Notes: generated by a model from the sequence alone, not told the origin. A DNA stretch of 64,000 bases from Cenarchaeum sp. (GCA_965242695.1 CBDESU010000002.1:1-64000); one strand, 5' to 3'. Positions 41,868 through 51,372 are shown, counted from the stretch's first letter. Made by a program: numbers and translations.

Positions 41868-42360
41868 TCACTGTCCTGTGGGCATCTCAAGCCGAAACCC
41901 CATCGGGCGGTCGATGGGCATGCAAGCCCTGTCGAAAAAGCCGCCGAGTCCAAGCAAGAGCGGGGATGGTGAGCCCGGATCCCGCGGCCGCGGCGTGCCG
42001 GGGACAGGGGCGTCGGACGTGCCGATGTCGCGCCATGTGCCGTTGCGCCGTGCGCCCAGAGTGCCCTGCCGCACCGCATATCCTCCGCAGCGCGCCCTTG
42101 TCGATCAGAGCGTCCGGCCGCCGGGGCGGCCGCACGGTCAGTGCCGGCGCAACCGCGCCGGCGTGCATCTGCCCGCCGGCGGGCCGGCCGGCCGGGCGGC
42201 TGCGCTTACACGGTTTGGGAGCCCGTCCGGGAACCTAGCGCGAACCGCTGGGGCCGCCCCAGCCGCTGCCGGCCCGCCGCCTCCCGGCGACGGCACTGTC
42301 ATATTCGGGCAGCCAAGGTGCATTGCACGACGAGGGAAGGTGTGGCGGTCACTGCTCTGG
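41868..42360 (-). pseudogene. Decayed aspartic protease
   Basis: Remnant 'DIG...VP.TP..RDP....LLLGLGGFFDR' aligns to 39995-40531; catalytic motif lost. Confidence 0.7.
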
Positions 42361-42696
42361 GACGTAGAGCCAGGGCACCTCTTCCGGCGTTGCGTAAATG
42401 TAACGCATGTGGGGACATCCCTTGCCCGCCTTCCACCCTGCCTCGCAGGTCTGTATAGGATCCCTGCCGTGCGCGACGATTCCACCGCCGGCCACTGCGA
42501 TCCACTCGCCCATGTACTTTTCGGCCTCCTTGGGCGTCATCGCATTGAGAAACTCCATGTCCTTCTCGGCGCTCTCGTCGATCTCTGTGCACTGCGGCGG
42601 ATTCCCGACGCGCACATCCTCGGGCGATATGATCACGTCCCCTTCGGACATGAAGGGAAGTCTCGGCTCGGCGCGCCTGTCGCCGTCGTCCGCCAT
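42349..42696 (-). CDS. DUF5678-like protein
   Basis: KYMGEWIAVAGGGIVAHGRD. Confidence 0.8.
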   Translation of the reverse strand: MADDGDRRAEPRLPFMSEGDVIISPEDVRVGNPPQCTEIDESAEKDMEFLNAMTPKEAEKYMGEWIAVAGGGIVAHGRDPIQTCEAGWKAGKGCPHMRYIYATPEEVPWLYVPEQ

Positions 42697-42817
42697 GCCG
42701 GGGCGCCGATTCCCCCTTATTTGAACGGTGCGGCCGGGCGCCGCAGGGAGGCGGATACGCGGGGCGCGGCTCTTGCCCGAGCCGCGACGCAGGGCGCCGC
42801 CTGTCCCATTCCCGCGG

Positions 42818-43332
42818 CTAGGCCACGGGCAGCTCGAGCCAAGACTCTTCCCTCGAGTGGTTGATGCACATGTTGACCCTGTCAAAAAAGCCGTCGAGTC
42901 CGAGCAGGAGCGGGCGGCGGATGCCCGGGTCCCGCGACCACGGCGTGTCGGGTACAAGGACGTTGCCACGCCGATGTCGATCCACGATCTGCCGCACAGG
43001 ATCTCCATGCCCAGCTGTGCTACGTAGGCCCAAAATTGCCCGGAGGCGCTGTACATCTTCCGCCGCGTGCCCTCGTCGATTGGAATTCCCAGCTCCTGAA
43101 ACAGCCAGAAGGGCGCCGCCGGCGCATCTGCCCCGGTGTCCAGCGCCGCGTCTGTCAAGATATCCGGTTCGGCTAGCCCGGGGGCGCTGTTCGGGGGCCT
43201 GGGTCGAACCAAGAGGGCCGGCTTCCTAACCAATGCCAGCCCGGTGCTCCCCGCCAACGGCACCGTCACATTCATGTAGTCGAATCGCATCCACGCCAAG
43301 GGGAGGCGCGGCAGGTCATTCCTTTGGAACAT
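42818..43332 (-). pseudogene. Aspartic protease, single frameshift
   Basis: ALDTGAD present; a frameshift near 42965 separates it from VLVPDTPWSRDP...LLLGLDGFFDR. Confidence 0.8.
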
Positions 43333-43669
43333 AGAGCCAAGGCACCTCGTCGGGCCTTGCATAGATGTAGCGCATGTGCAGGGCCCCCTTGCCGGCCTTG
43401 CGCCCCTCTTTGCAGACCTGCCTCGGATCCTCGCCGTGCGCGACGATTCCCCCGCCGGCCACGGCTATCCACTCTCCCATGTACTTTTCGGCCTCCTTGG
43501 GCGTCATTGCATTGAGGAACTCTAGGCCCTTCTTGGCGTTCTCGTCGATCTGCGTGCACGACGGCGGGTATCCGACTCGCATGTCCTCGGGCGCTATGTA
43601 CCGTGCCTCGGCAAGGCCTGGTACGGGGGGAAGGGACGGCATGGTGTGCCGGCCGTTGTTGTCTGCCAT
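43316..43669 (-). CDS. DUF5678-like protein
   Basis: KYMGEWIAVAGGGIVAHGED. Confidence 0.8.
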   Translation of the reverse strand: MADNNGRHTMPSLPPVPGLAEARYIAPEDMRVGYPPSCTQIDENAKKGLEFLNAMTPKEAEKYMGEWIAVAGGGIVAHGEDPRQVCKEGRKAGKGALHMRYIYARPDEVPWLYVPKE

Positions 43670-43889
43670 TGCGGGGACTAGAATCGCGCCCCTATTTTGG
43701 TAGCTCGATCAGGCGCCGCGGGGCGAGCCCTGCGCCCATGCCCGACCCCCGCCCGGGTGCCGCAACGTCCCGATGCCCTATGCGATAGGCGACGCAATGC
43801 CGAGCCGCTGCGGGTGCCAAGCGGGGGCAGGTTACCGCGCCCCGGCAGGCAGGCGCATCGGGGCGGCGAACGCGGGCCGCCCTCGCAAC

Positions 43890-44033
43890 GACAGGGCTGC
43901 GCTGCGCCAAGAGGCGGGGCTTGGCGCCTGCCGATGCCAGCCCGTTGCCGTCCAGCGACGGCACCCTTACATTCATGTAGCCGAACCGCATCCATGCCAA
44001 GTCGAGGTGCGGCCGGTCGTCACTTTGGGACAT
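43890..44033 (-). pseudogene. Truncated aspartic protease N-terminus
   Basis: MSQSDDRPHLDLAWMRFGYMNVRVP aligns with paralog N-termini; similarity stops before the DTG motif. Confidence 0.65.
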
Positions 44034-44370
44034 AGAGCCAAGGCACCTCTTCAGGCTTTGCGTAAATGTACCGTATGTATATGCTTCCCTTTCCGGCCTT
44101 CCGCCCCTCTTGGCAGACCTGGTGGGGGCCTTCGCAGTGCGCGACGATTTCCCCGTCGTACACGGCTATCCACTGGCCCATGTACTTTTCCGCCTCCTTG
44201 GGCGTCATTGCGTTGAGGAAATCTAGGTTCTTCTTGGCGCCCTTGTCGATCCGTATGCGCGGCGGACGGTATCCGGCGCGCGTGTCCTCGTCCGGCGCGC
44301 CCAAGGCCTCGTCGGGTGCGAATATGGAAGGAAGCCACGGCGCGGGGCGCTCGTTGTCAGTGTCCGCCAT
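44020..44370 (-). CDS. DUF5678-like protein
   Basis: KYMGQWIAVYDGEIVAHCEG; TTTATATA upstream. Confidence 0.8.
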   Translation of the reverse strand: MADTDNERPAPWLPSIFAPDEALGAPDEDTRAGYRPPRIRIDKGAKKNLDFLNAMTPKEAEKYMGQWIAVYDGEIVAHCEGPHQVCQEGRKAGKGSIYIRYIYAKPEEVPWLYVPK

Positions 44371-44579
44371 TGGTAGCGGTGAACCGCCCCTGTATATAAA
44401 CAGCGCGATTGGACGCAGCGGGGCCTCGGGCACGGCTCGGAGCCGGGTGATCCCGCGTCTGGCCGCAACACGGCATGCTCCGGCCCGAGACGACACGGCG
44501 CGGCGCCCCCTGCGACCGTTCGGAGGCATGTGTATGCCACGCGCCGGCAGGCAGACAGGAAAGCGCACGCAGTGCGGCG

Positions 44580-47420
44580 CTACACCCGGATGATGCCCAT
44601 GGATACGAGGAGTCCAATGCCGCGTGCAAACGCCTCGTCCGAGACCAGGCCGTCGGCCCACCGCTTGGCCCCGGCCTTGACCCACTGAGGTATGGCCGGC
44701 GGTCCGCCGTCCGCGCCGCCCTCGGCCCCGTCCGCCTGGCGGACCTGAACAATCCCGTTCTGGATCATGTACTCTATTCCCCGGACAAACGCCTCGTCCG
44801 AGACCAGGCCGTCGGCCCACCACCCGGCGCTCGCCTTTATCCAGGCAGGAACCACAGCCTGTCCGGCGCCGGGCCCCGGTTGCGAGGATGCGGCGTACGG
44901 GCGTGGCGAGGCGGCGCCGGCGGGGCCCAAAGATGCCGGCGCGGCCCCGTCCGGCGCGCCCTCGTAGAACCTGCTCTTGTACTCGACGGGGTTGTTGGGA
45001 ACCGCAAACCCGTCCGTCCCGTACATCTGCGCCACGGCCGCCGCGTTGAGGTCCGATGGAACTCCAGACTCTGGGCCAGGCCCGGGGCACGTGGCGCGGC
45101 CGTCCTCTGCGCTGCACATCAAGTCGCCGGCCTTGTTGAACGTGTGGCCGAGCCCGACCGCATGTATGAACTCGTGTGCGGCCGTTTCGGACGCATCGGA
45201 CCGGGACACCGGACTTCCGCCGCTCGTGGTGCATACGACGGTCTGCACCGTCTTTGGCGGGTCGGAGTGGAGCTCCGACCGTCCCGAATACTCGTCAAGG
45301 CATCCGGCATCGCCCTCGTGACTGATCAAGTTCACAATCACGTCGGGGCGCCCGTCAAAGAATGGGTCGCCCGGCTCGACGACCGAGAACGTCACGCCCC
45401 AGTCGCCGCCGTACCTGCCCTCCATCGCCGATGTCCACGTCAGTATCCCCTCCTGTACAGGCACGATGTACCGCCTTGCATCGCCGGGGCCGTCGGGGCT
45501 CGGCACTATCGCCACGTGCGGCCGCCCCGGCATGGCCTGCGAATAGTGCATCTCCATGTACGCGGTTCCGTCCCCCCAGCGGCCGTAGGCGCCGCCAGGA
45601 TCGCCGCCGCGTCCTTCGCTCACGGCAATCTCGACGGTGCCGGTGCACATGCCCCCAAAGTCGAACGTTGGGCCCTCGTCGCACGTGGTCTGGCGGTAGA
45701 ACCTGTCGCTGCCCTCAAACACCGCGTACACGTCCGCCGTACGGTCCGCATCAACGCGGCTCGCAAACCAGTTGGCTGCAAACCGCCCGTCGGCGCCGAC
45801 GTAGGCTGCCGCCAGCAGGTCGTCCGGGTTGAGCATATCCTCGTCCATGATGTACACCTTTGCGCCCTCGGTCTCGTGCCCGTCCAGGGCCAGGGTGCCG
45901 GTGAACATGACGACATCGCCCTCGGCGACGCTGCGCGGGAACGGGTCGAAGCGTATGTCGCCGCCGTACTTTAGGACGGCCATCTCCTGCCGCGCCGTCT
46001 GCGACTTTTCGTAGCCGCCAGCCCCGCCAAACTCGGCGTACACGTCAAAGTCCGTCTCGACCAGGCCGGGCGAGGCGGTCCACCTTACGGCAAACCCGCC
46101 GTCGGGGCCCGTCCAGCCGCTCCCGAGCAGCTGGTCGGGCTTTAGCGGATCGTCCTCCTTGATCTTCACGACGGCGCCCTCCAACGGCAGGTTCGCATGC
46201 AGGAGCCGCCCCGTGAATGCGACCGTGTCGCCGACGTAGGCCGCACGCGGCAGCGCGTCCAGCTCGAGGGACGTCGGGTAGGTCGGGGCGGGGGCGACCA
46301 CGATCGCGCGGCGGGAGGTCGTGGACGGGCCGTGCAGGGCGTCGCCGTCGTACTCGGCGTACACGTCTAGCTCGGTCTCGACCAGCCCCTGCTCGGCGGC
46401 CCATGGTATGGAGAAGCGGCCGTCGGGGCCGGTGCGGCCGTGCGCCAAGAGGTCGTCGGGGCGGAGCAGGTCGTCGTCCTTTATCTCGATGAGCGCGCCT
46501 GCCACAGGGCGGCCACCCGACAGGAGCGCACCCTCGAAGGTTACCGTCTGCCCCTCTTGGACGTAGCCCGGGACGGGGCCGAGCGACAGCTGCGTGGGGC
46601 GGGTCGAGTCGGGCGGCCCGGCAACCGCCACGCTGTAGGTGCGGCTGCGCGACTCGGACAGGGAGGCGGTCCCCTCGAACGCGGCGTAGATGTCCCACGC
46701 GCCGCCGCCGCCCCGCTCCGAGGCGGTCCATGCCCCGCGGAACGTGCCGTCCTCGCCGGTGGTAAGGTATCCGAGCGTGTCGTCGAACCCAAAGTCGACG
46801 TCGTCCTTGATCTCTATCGAGGCGCCCTTGACGGCGTACCCGTCCGAGTCGGACAGCCAGCCGTAGAGCTCGACGGCGTCGCCGGCGGTAGCCGTCGAGG
46901 GCAGGGGCTCGAGGTGGAGATTGGTACCGCGCTTGGCCGGTGCCGTCGGCGCGGGGGCATCCACGACGACGACGCTGTAGGTGCGGCTGCGCGACTCGGA
47001 CAGGGAGGCGGTCCCCTCGAACGCGGCGTAGATGTCCCACGCGCCGCCGCCGCCCCGCTCCGAGGCGGTCCATGCCCCGCGGAACGTGCCGTCCTCGCCG
47101 GTGGTAAGGTATCCGAGCGTGTCGTCGAACCCAAAGTCGACGTCGTCCTTGATCTCTATCGAGGCGCCCTCGACGGCGTACCCGTCCGAGTCAGACAGCC
47201 AGCCGTAGAGCTCGACGGCGTCGCCGGCGGTAGCCGTCAAGGGCAGGGGCTCGAGGTGGAGGTGGGTGTAGCTGTACGCGTGTGCCGGCTCGACCGCAGG
47301 CGAGGCGATTGCAACGACAACGGCCGCCGCCGCAAGCAGGGGCAGGGCATGTCCCCCATGCCCGACCCCCCACGCATTCCAAAGATGCAGCATCCCGCTC
47401 CGCCTGCCTGCCGGCGCCAC
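44580..47420 (-). CDS. Secreted/surface zinc metalloprotease (metzincin/matrixin-like) with five Ig-like repeats and two thaumarchaeal C-terminal domains
   Basis: Hydrophobic signal segment, repeats of 'GA.I.IKDD...D..L....TG.DG.F...W', HEFIHAVGLGH + LM (HEXXHXXGXXH and Met-turn), and 'P.W.K..A.WWADGLVSDEAF' x2. Start uncertain. Confidence 0.85.
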   Translation of the reverse strand: MAPAGRRSGMLHLWNAWGVGHGGHALPLLAAAAVVVAIASPAVEPAHAYSYTHLHLEPLPLTATAGDAVELYGWLSDSDGYAVEGASIEIKDDVDFGFDDTLGYLTTGEDGTFRGAWTASERGGGGAWDIYAAFEGTASLSESRSRTYSVVVVDAPAPTAPAKRGTNLHLEPLPSTATAGDAVELYGWLSDSDGYAVKGASIEIKDDVDFGFDDTLGYLTTGEDGTFRGAWTASERGGGGAWDIYAAFEGTASLSESRSRTYSVAVAGPPDSTRPTQLSLGPVPGYVQEGQTVTFEGALLSGGRPVAGALIEIKDDDLLRPDDLLAHGRTGPDGRFSIPWAAEQGLVETELDVYAEYDGDALHGPSTTSRRAIVVAPAPTYPTSLELDALPRAAYVGDTVAFTGRLLHANLPLEGAVVKIKEDDPLKPDQLLGSGWTGPDGGFAVRWTASPGLVETDFDVYAEFGGAGGYEKSQTARQEMAVLKYGGDIRFDPFPRSVAEGDVVMFTGTLALDGHETEGAKVYIMDEDMLNPDDLLAAAYVGADGRFAANWFASRVDADRTADVYAVFEGSDRFYRQTTCDEGPTFDFGGMCTGTVEIAVSEGRGGDPGGAYGRWGDGTAYMEMHYSQAMPGRPHVAIVPSPDGPGDARRYIVPVQEGILTWTSAMEGRYGGDWGVTFSVVEPGDPFFDGRPDVIVNLISHEGDAGCLDEYSGRSELHSDPPKTVQTVVCTTSGGSPVSRSDASETAAHEFIHAVGLGHTFNKAGDLMCSAEDGRATCPGPGPESGVPSDLNAAAVAQMYGTDGFAVPNNPVEYKSRFYEGAPDGAAPASLGPAGAASPRPYAASSQPGPGAGQAVVPAWIKASAGWWADGLVSDEAFVRGIEYMIQNGIVQVRQADGAEGGADGGPPAIPQWVKAGAKRWADGLVSDEAFARGIGLLVSMGIIRV
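46631..47261. repeat. Near-identical intragenic duplication, 342-bp period
   Basis: 46631-46919 and 46973-47261 differ at only a few bases. Confidence 0.92.
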
Positions 47421-47426
47421 GGGCAG

Positions 47427-47627
47427 CTAGTCCTTAAGCGCTACGGCCGCGGCGCGGCGCACTGAAGCGGGCAGTGCGGACTCACGGCGCCGGCCAGCGG
47501 CTATGCAGACCATCTTGGCAAGCGGGCTCGCAATCCCGGCGCCGCCCAGCGACGGCACTCTCACACTTGGGTACTCAAACCGTATCCACGACGGAGGGAA
47601 GTGCGGCCGGTAGTCACTTTGGTACAT
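47427..47627 (-). pseudogene. Truncated aspartic protease N-terminus
   Basis: MYQSDYRPHFPPSWIRFEYPSVRVP aligns with the protease starting at 40531; ends before the catalytic motif. Confidence 0.65.
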
Positions 47628-47958
47628 AGAGCCAAGGCACCTCCTCGGGCTTCGCATAGATGTAGCGCATATGCAGGGCCCCCTTGCCGGCCTTGCGTCC
47701 CTCTTCGCAGACCTGCTCGGGATCCTCGCCGTGCGCTACGATTCCGCCGCCGGCCACGGCTATCCACTCTCCCATGTACTTTTCCGCCTCCTTTGACGTC
47801 ATTGCGTTGAGGAATTCTAGGCCCTTCTTGGCGTTCTCGTCGATCTGCGTGCACTGCGGGGGGTATCCGACGCGCATGTCCTCGGGCGCTATGATCACGT
47901 CTCCTTCAAACATAGGTGGTAGTCCCACGCCGGCGCGCCGGCCGTTCTCGTCCGCCAT
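47614..47958 (-). CDS. DUF5678-like protein
   Basis: KYMGEWIAVAGGGIVAHGED. Confidence 0.8.
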   Translation of the reverse strand: MADENGRRAGVGLPPMFEGDVIIAPEDMRVGYPPQCTQIDENAKKGLEFLNAMTSKEAEKYMGEWIAVAGGGIVAHGEDPEQVCEEGRKAGKGALHMRYIYAKPEEVPWLYVPK

Positions 47959-48915
47959 AGCAGGGCGGCGATCCCCCCTTATTTAGACGGTCCGGCGGGG
48001 CGCCGCGTGGGCGCAGCCTGTCCAAGCGCCCCGTCCGAGTCGCCCCGCGCGGCGCAGCGGCCTTGTGCGCCCCGAGTGCCGCTGTGCAGAGCCGGCACGG
48101 CGCCAAGAGGCGACAGGACGGCTCGCGCCGGCGGGCAGGCGCGGCAAGGGGACGGCGGCCGCAAACGAGGGGCCGCAAGGGTTTGCAGGCGCGGCGCGCC
48201 CTCGCGACGGCAGCGCCGCGCATGCGCCAAGAGGTCGAGGCCCGGCGCCCATCCGATGCCGGTCCCGTGCCCCCCATCCCCACTGCGGCGCATCGGTGCG
48301 CTGGGACGGTCGGGCCGCTCCCGCATCATGGGAGCGTATGCAGGTCATTGCTCTGGGGCGTAGAACGAGGGGATATCGAGTCCGAACAGGCAGGCCCTCT
48401 GCGCCTCCGCGCCGACGCGCGGCGCGCCACCCGCTGCCGACACCGGCATAGTGGCAAGGGCTGGGGCGGCGGATCAGGCGGCGGCAGACGAGGTGCGAAC
48501 AGCAACAAGGGCATGCGGCGCGCCCATGCTCGCGGCGCAGTGAAAACCATCGATCCACTATTCATCCTCCCGTCCAAACATCGAAGCCCAAACCTGCGCC
48601 GCAGGCGGACGCGCAGGCGGGACATCAAGGTCAAAACTTGCAAGCCAGGCGGCCGGACATTGGCATTGGCGGCGGATACGCGGACAGGCGGCCGCTCATT
48701 GGACTGCAGCTGCGCACAAGCGGGCCGCGGATGCGCCAGTCGGTGGAGGCGGCATGGATCATGCGGCGCGTCCGGCCGACGGCGGGCGCGCAGCGCGCCG
48801 GCTGTGGCCTTGCCAATCCCTTCAATCCCCCACACGACTATCGCGCCCGTCATGCCGCCGGGTGGGCGCCGGATGCGGGGGTTGTGTTAATATGCGCGAG
48901 AGGCCGCGGCGGGCC

Positions 48916-49734
48916 GTGGGGGACAGGCTGCGCCAGGAGGTTGCGCACGACAGCTCTGCGGCTAGCGGGCGGCGCGGCTTGGATCGCGCAGGACGCATGG
49001 CCTCAGACGCGCACCGCGGTTCCGACGCAGCGGCGGCCGCGCTTCCAAGGGAGGGCGAGAAGTTTACCGAGGGCCAGATGGTCGAGAGGTTTGGCACCTC
49101 GCCGCCTGGCGGCATACGATTAAGCAAGATATCGAGCGACATAATTCTTGTCCGCAGCGCAGACGTCCCAAATCACTGCGATGACGGCGATCCTGGAGAC
49201 TGCATCTACCATGGCGGCTACGCCGAGGAGCATGCCGACCGGATGATCGACTGGCGCAACAAGGCGCTGAGCGAATCGGGAAAAAACGGCAACCGTGTGC
49301 TGCTTTTTGCCAAAGACGGCGACAAGCTCGTGTTCCACGGCTGCGTCGAATGCGCGGGGTGGGAGCACGGGAACGTCCCGAACCGCGGCAAGGCAGTCAC
49401 CTTCAAAATGAGGCGGATCGGCAGTGCGGCGGCGCGTCCCGCGGGCCCTGCAAGGTACGCCACAGCCGTGAAGATTGCCAGGGACGAGGACGGCGGGTAC
49501 GTTGCTACCGCCCCCGCACTGCCGGCCTGCATATCCCAAGGCGAGACGAGGGCAGAGGCCCAAGAAAACTTGGCAGAGGCCATATCGCTGTATTTGGAGT
49601 ATCATTTGGAAGGCAAAGAGGACTTTTCGCCCGATCTTCCCGCCTCTCTTGACGTTGCCAGTATCCATGTGGACGGGGGCAGTGTCGACACAAGGATTGC
49701 CACTGTGCCGCATTCACGTCCTCGGGCGGTGTGA
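48916..49734 (+). CDS. SRA-like domain fused to HicB-family antitoxin
   Basis: N-terminal 'GGIRLS....IILV......DD......IY.GG......N.AL......RVLLF.K.....F.G.VE...V.FKM' is SRA-like. C-terminal 'DEDGGYVA..PALPACISQGETRAEA.ENL.EAI.LYLE' is a clear HicB pattern. Start uncertain. Confidence 0.75.
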   Translation: MGDRLRQEVAHDSSAASGRRGLDRAGRMASDAHRGSDAAAAALPREGEKFTEGQMVERFGTSPPGGIRLSKISSDIILVRSADVPNHCDDGDPGDCIYHGGYAEEHADRMIDWRNKALSESGKNGNRVLLFAKDGDKLVFHGCVECAGWEHGNVPNRGKAVTFKMRRIGSAAARPAGPARYATAVKIARDEDGGYVATAPALPACISQGETRAEAQENLAEAISLYLEYHLEGKEDFSPDLPASLDVASIHVDGGSVDTRIATVPHSRPRAV

Positions 49735-49807
49735 CCGCGTCCCCTTCAGGCACGGGCGGCATCGCCTCGCCGCCTCGCCGGCGCGCCGGCCGTTCTCGCC
49801 CGCCATG
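49714..49807 (-). pseudogene. 5' remnant of a DUF5678-like gene (3' remnant at ~48345-48385)
   Basis: MAGENGRRAG / MPPVPEGDAVTPPEDV match paralog N-termini. 'ctacgccccagagcaatga' near 48345-48365 matches the end of 30533-30895. Confidence 0.6.
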
Positions 49808-50102
49808 GCGGGGCGGCGATCCTCCCTTTGTTTAGCCGGCGCGAATGGGCCGCGCCGGCGGGGGCCTGCGCCCATGCCGAGACCCCGCCCTGCTGCCGCG
49901 GCGCTCCGATGCCTTGTACGCATGGGCGCCGCGGTGCCGAGCCGCTGCGGGCGCCAAGCGGGGGCAAGTTACCACTATCCGGCAGGCATGCGCACCGAGG
50001 CGGCGATGCGGCCGCCAGACAGGCGCGGTGCGCCGCCCGCGCCCGTCCCGCAGCTAGCCCGATCGCATCGTATATATAGCAACCTTGGGGGGCCCCGCCA
50101 GC

Positions 50103-50732
50103 ATGCGCCAAGAAGTCGTCCAAGAACCGGCTGAGGGGAGACCAGACTCTATGTCGGTGCTTGGTAGCGAAAAAATGGCGGGCGTTGTGTTGCACGGCTC
50201 GCACGCGGACATGCTTCAGCAGGGTAGCAAGTTCAGCGACGAGGAGCTCGGCGCGCGGCTCGGTGTGCCCACGACGGGTGGCATACGCGTCAGCCACGAG
50301 AACAAGTGCATAGTGCTTGTGGATCGCCTTGGCGGTGACGACACACGCGGGGGCAGTGTCGGCGACATAGTCAGGTACGCGGGGCAGGATCTTGGCGGAG
50401 GGGCGGAGGCGGACCAGGTGCTGGACGGCGCCAACCTAGACTTGGCCCTCTCAAAGGCTAGGGGGTATTCTGTGCTCGGCTTTTCAAGGGAGGGTGAAGG
50501 GTCGCTCGTGCTCGACAGGGTCGTAGAGTGCGACTCGCTTTGCTTCGAGAGGGGTGGCGGGCGCAACGTCATCGTTTTCAAAATGCGGGTTGTCGACGGT
50601 GGGGTAAGCGACTATGAAGGACCAAGCCCCGAGGTCGAAAGGGCGCTCCAGTCAATAGAAGCGGGGACATCTGCCGGCAAAAGGTACACGATTGACGAGT
50701 ACATTGAGTATATCAAGAAGGTTATGGGATAA
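50103..50732 (+). CDS. SRA-like domain fused to RelB-like antitoxin tail
   Basis: 'GGIRVS', 'YAGQ....DQ....N..L', 'VFKM', then tail 'PSPEVERALQSIEAG...GKRYTIDEYIEYIKK'. TATATA at 50071; TAATG overlap with the toxin gene. Confidence 0.72.
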   Translation: MRQEVVQEPAEGRPDSMSVLGSEKMAGVVLHGSHADMLQQGSKFSDEELGARLGVPTTGGIRVSHENKCIVLVDRLGGDDTRGGSVGDIVRYAGQDLGGGAEADQVLDGANLDLALSKARGYSVLGFSREGEGSLVLDRVVECDSLCFERGGGRNVIVFKMRVVDGGVSDYEGPSPEVERALQSIEAGTSAGKRYTIDEYIEYIKKVMG

Positions 50733-51022
50733 TGCCGCTGTGGGAGGTGAAGAACGAAGGTAGGATTGTCAAAGGGCTAAAAAACCTCAAGGGCAATACG
50801 ATGGTAATGAACAGTTTCGTCAGGCTTATGGAAGAGATAAAGTACTGCACAGACCCTTCCATCTTTGGCGAAAGAAAGCGCTGGAAGTACAAGTACTGCT
50901 ATGGAGTCCACCTTACGAGATCCATCAGTTTCATTTACAGGGTGGATTATGCATCCCACACGGTCTACGCTTTAGACATTGGCGATCACAAGTGGCTGTA
51001 TGGTCGGGACAGCCGTTCATGA
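50732..51022 (+). CDS. RelE/ParE-superfamily toxin
   Basis: 96 aa, basic; 'DP..FGE.K...YK..Y...L.....IYRVD....V..LDIGDHK.LY'. Confidence 0.78.
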   Translation: MPLWEVKNEGRIVKGLKNLKGNTMVMNSFVRLMEEIKYCTDPSIFGERKRWKYKYCYGVHLTRSISFIYRVDYASHTVYALDIGDHKWLYGRDSRS

Positions 51023-51372
51023 TCTTGGGGCGCCCCAGACCAGTAGCCCACTTTCTCGGTTCCTCGTGCGTTCAATTCTAGGCTGGCGTCGGAGTCGACC
51101 GTGGCATATCCCTCTCAAGCTGAAGAGCCGGGATTGGCGCCGCGCATCGCGCCCCGCCGACATGACCGCCCCGATGCGGCACGGCATGCCCACCCGCGAT
51201 GCCGGCATGCGGCCGGAACGCCCTGCGAAGGACGGGGCGGCCCGTCCGAGACCATGCAGGGCGCAGGGCGCCTGCCCGTTCCGCTGGCGCAGGGGCCGGC
51301 CGCGGGCGTTCATGCACGGCGGGCACCCGCGCGCGCATCGCACGCGGTAGCAGATCCTCGGGAGACATCCCG

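Noticed and set aside
42349-43362. 337-aa protease-DUF5678 fusion ORF
   Set aside because: It arises from a frameshift near 42965 reading through the intergenic region; the downstream gene has its own ATG at 42696 like its paralogs.
23270-49807. Retroelement or diversity-generating retroelement explanation for the repeated retropepsin cassettes
   Set aside because: No reverse transcriptase, integrase, gag-like gene or LTRs in the window, and differences between copies do not appear restricted to adenines.
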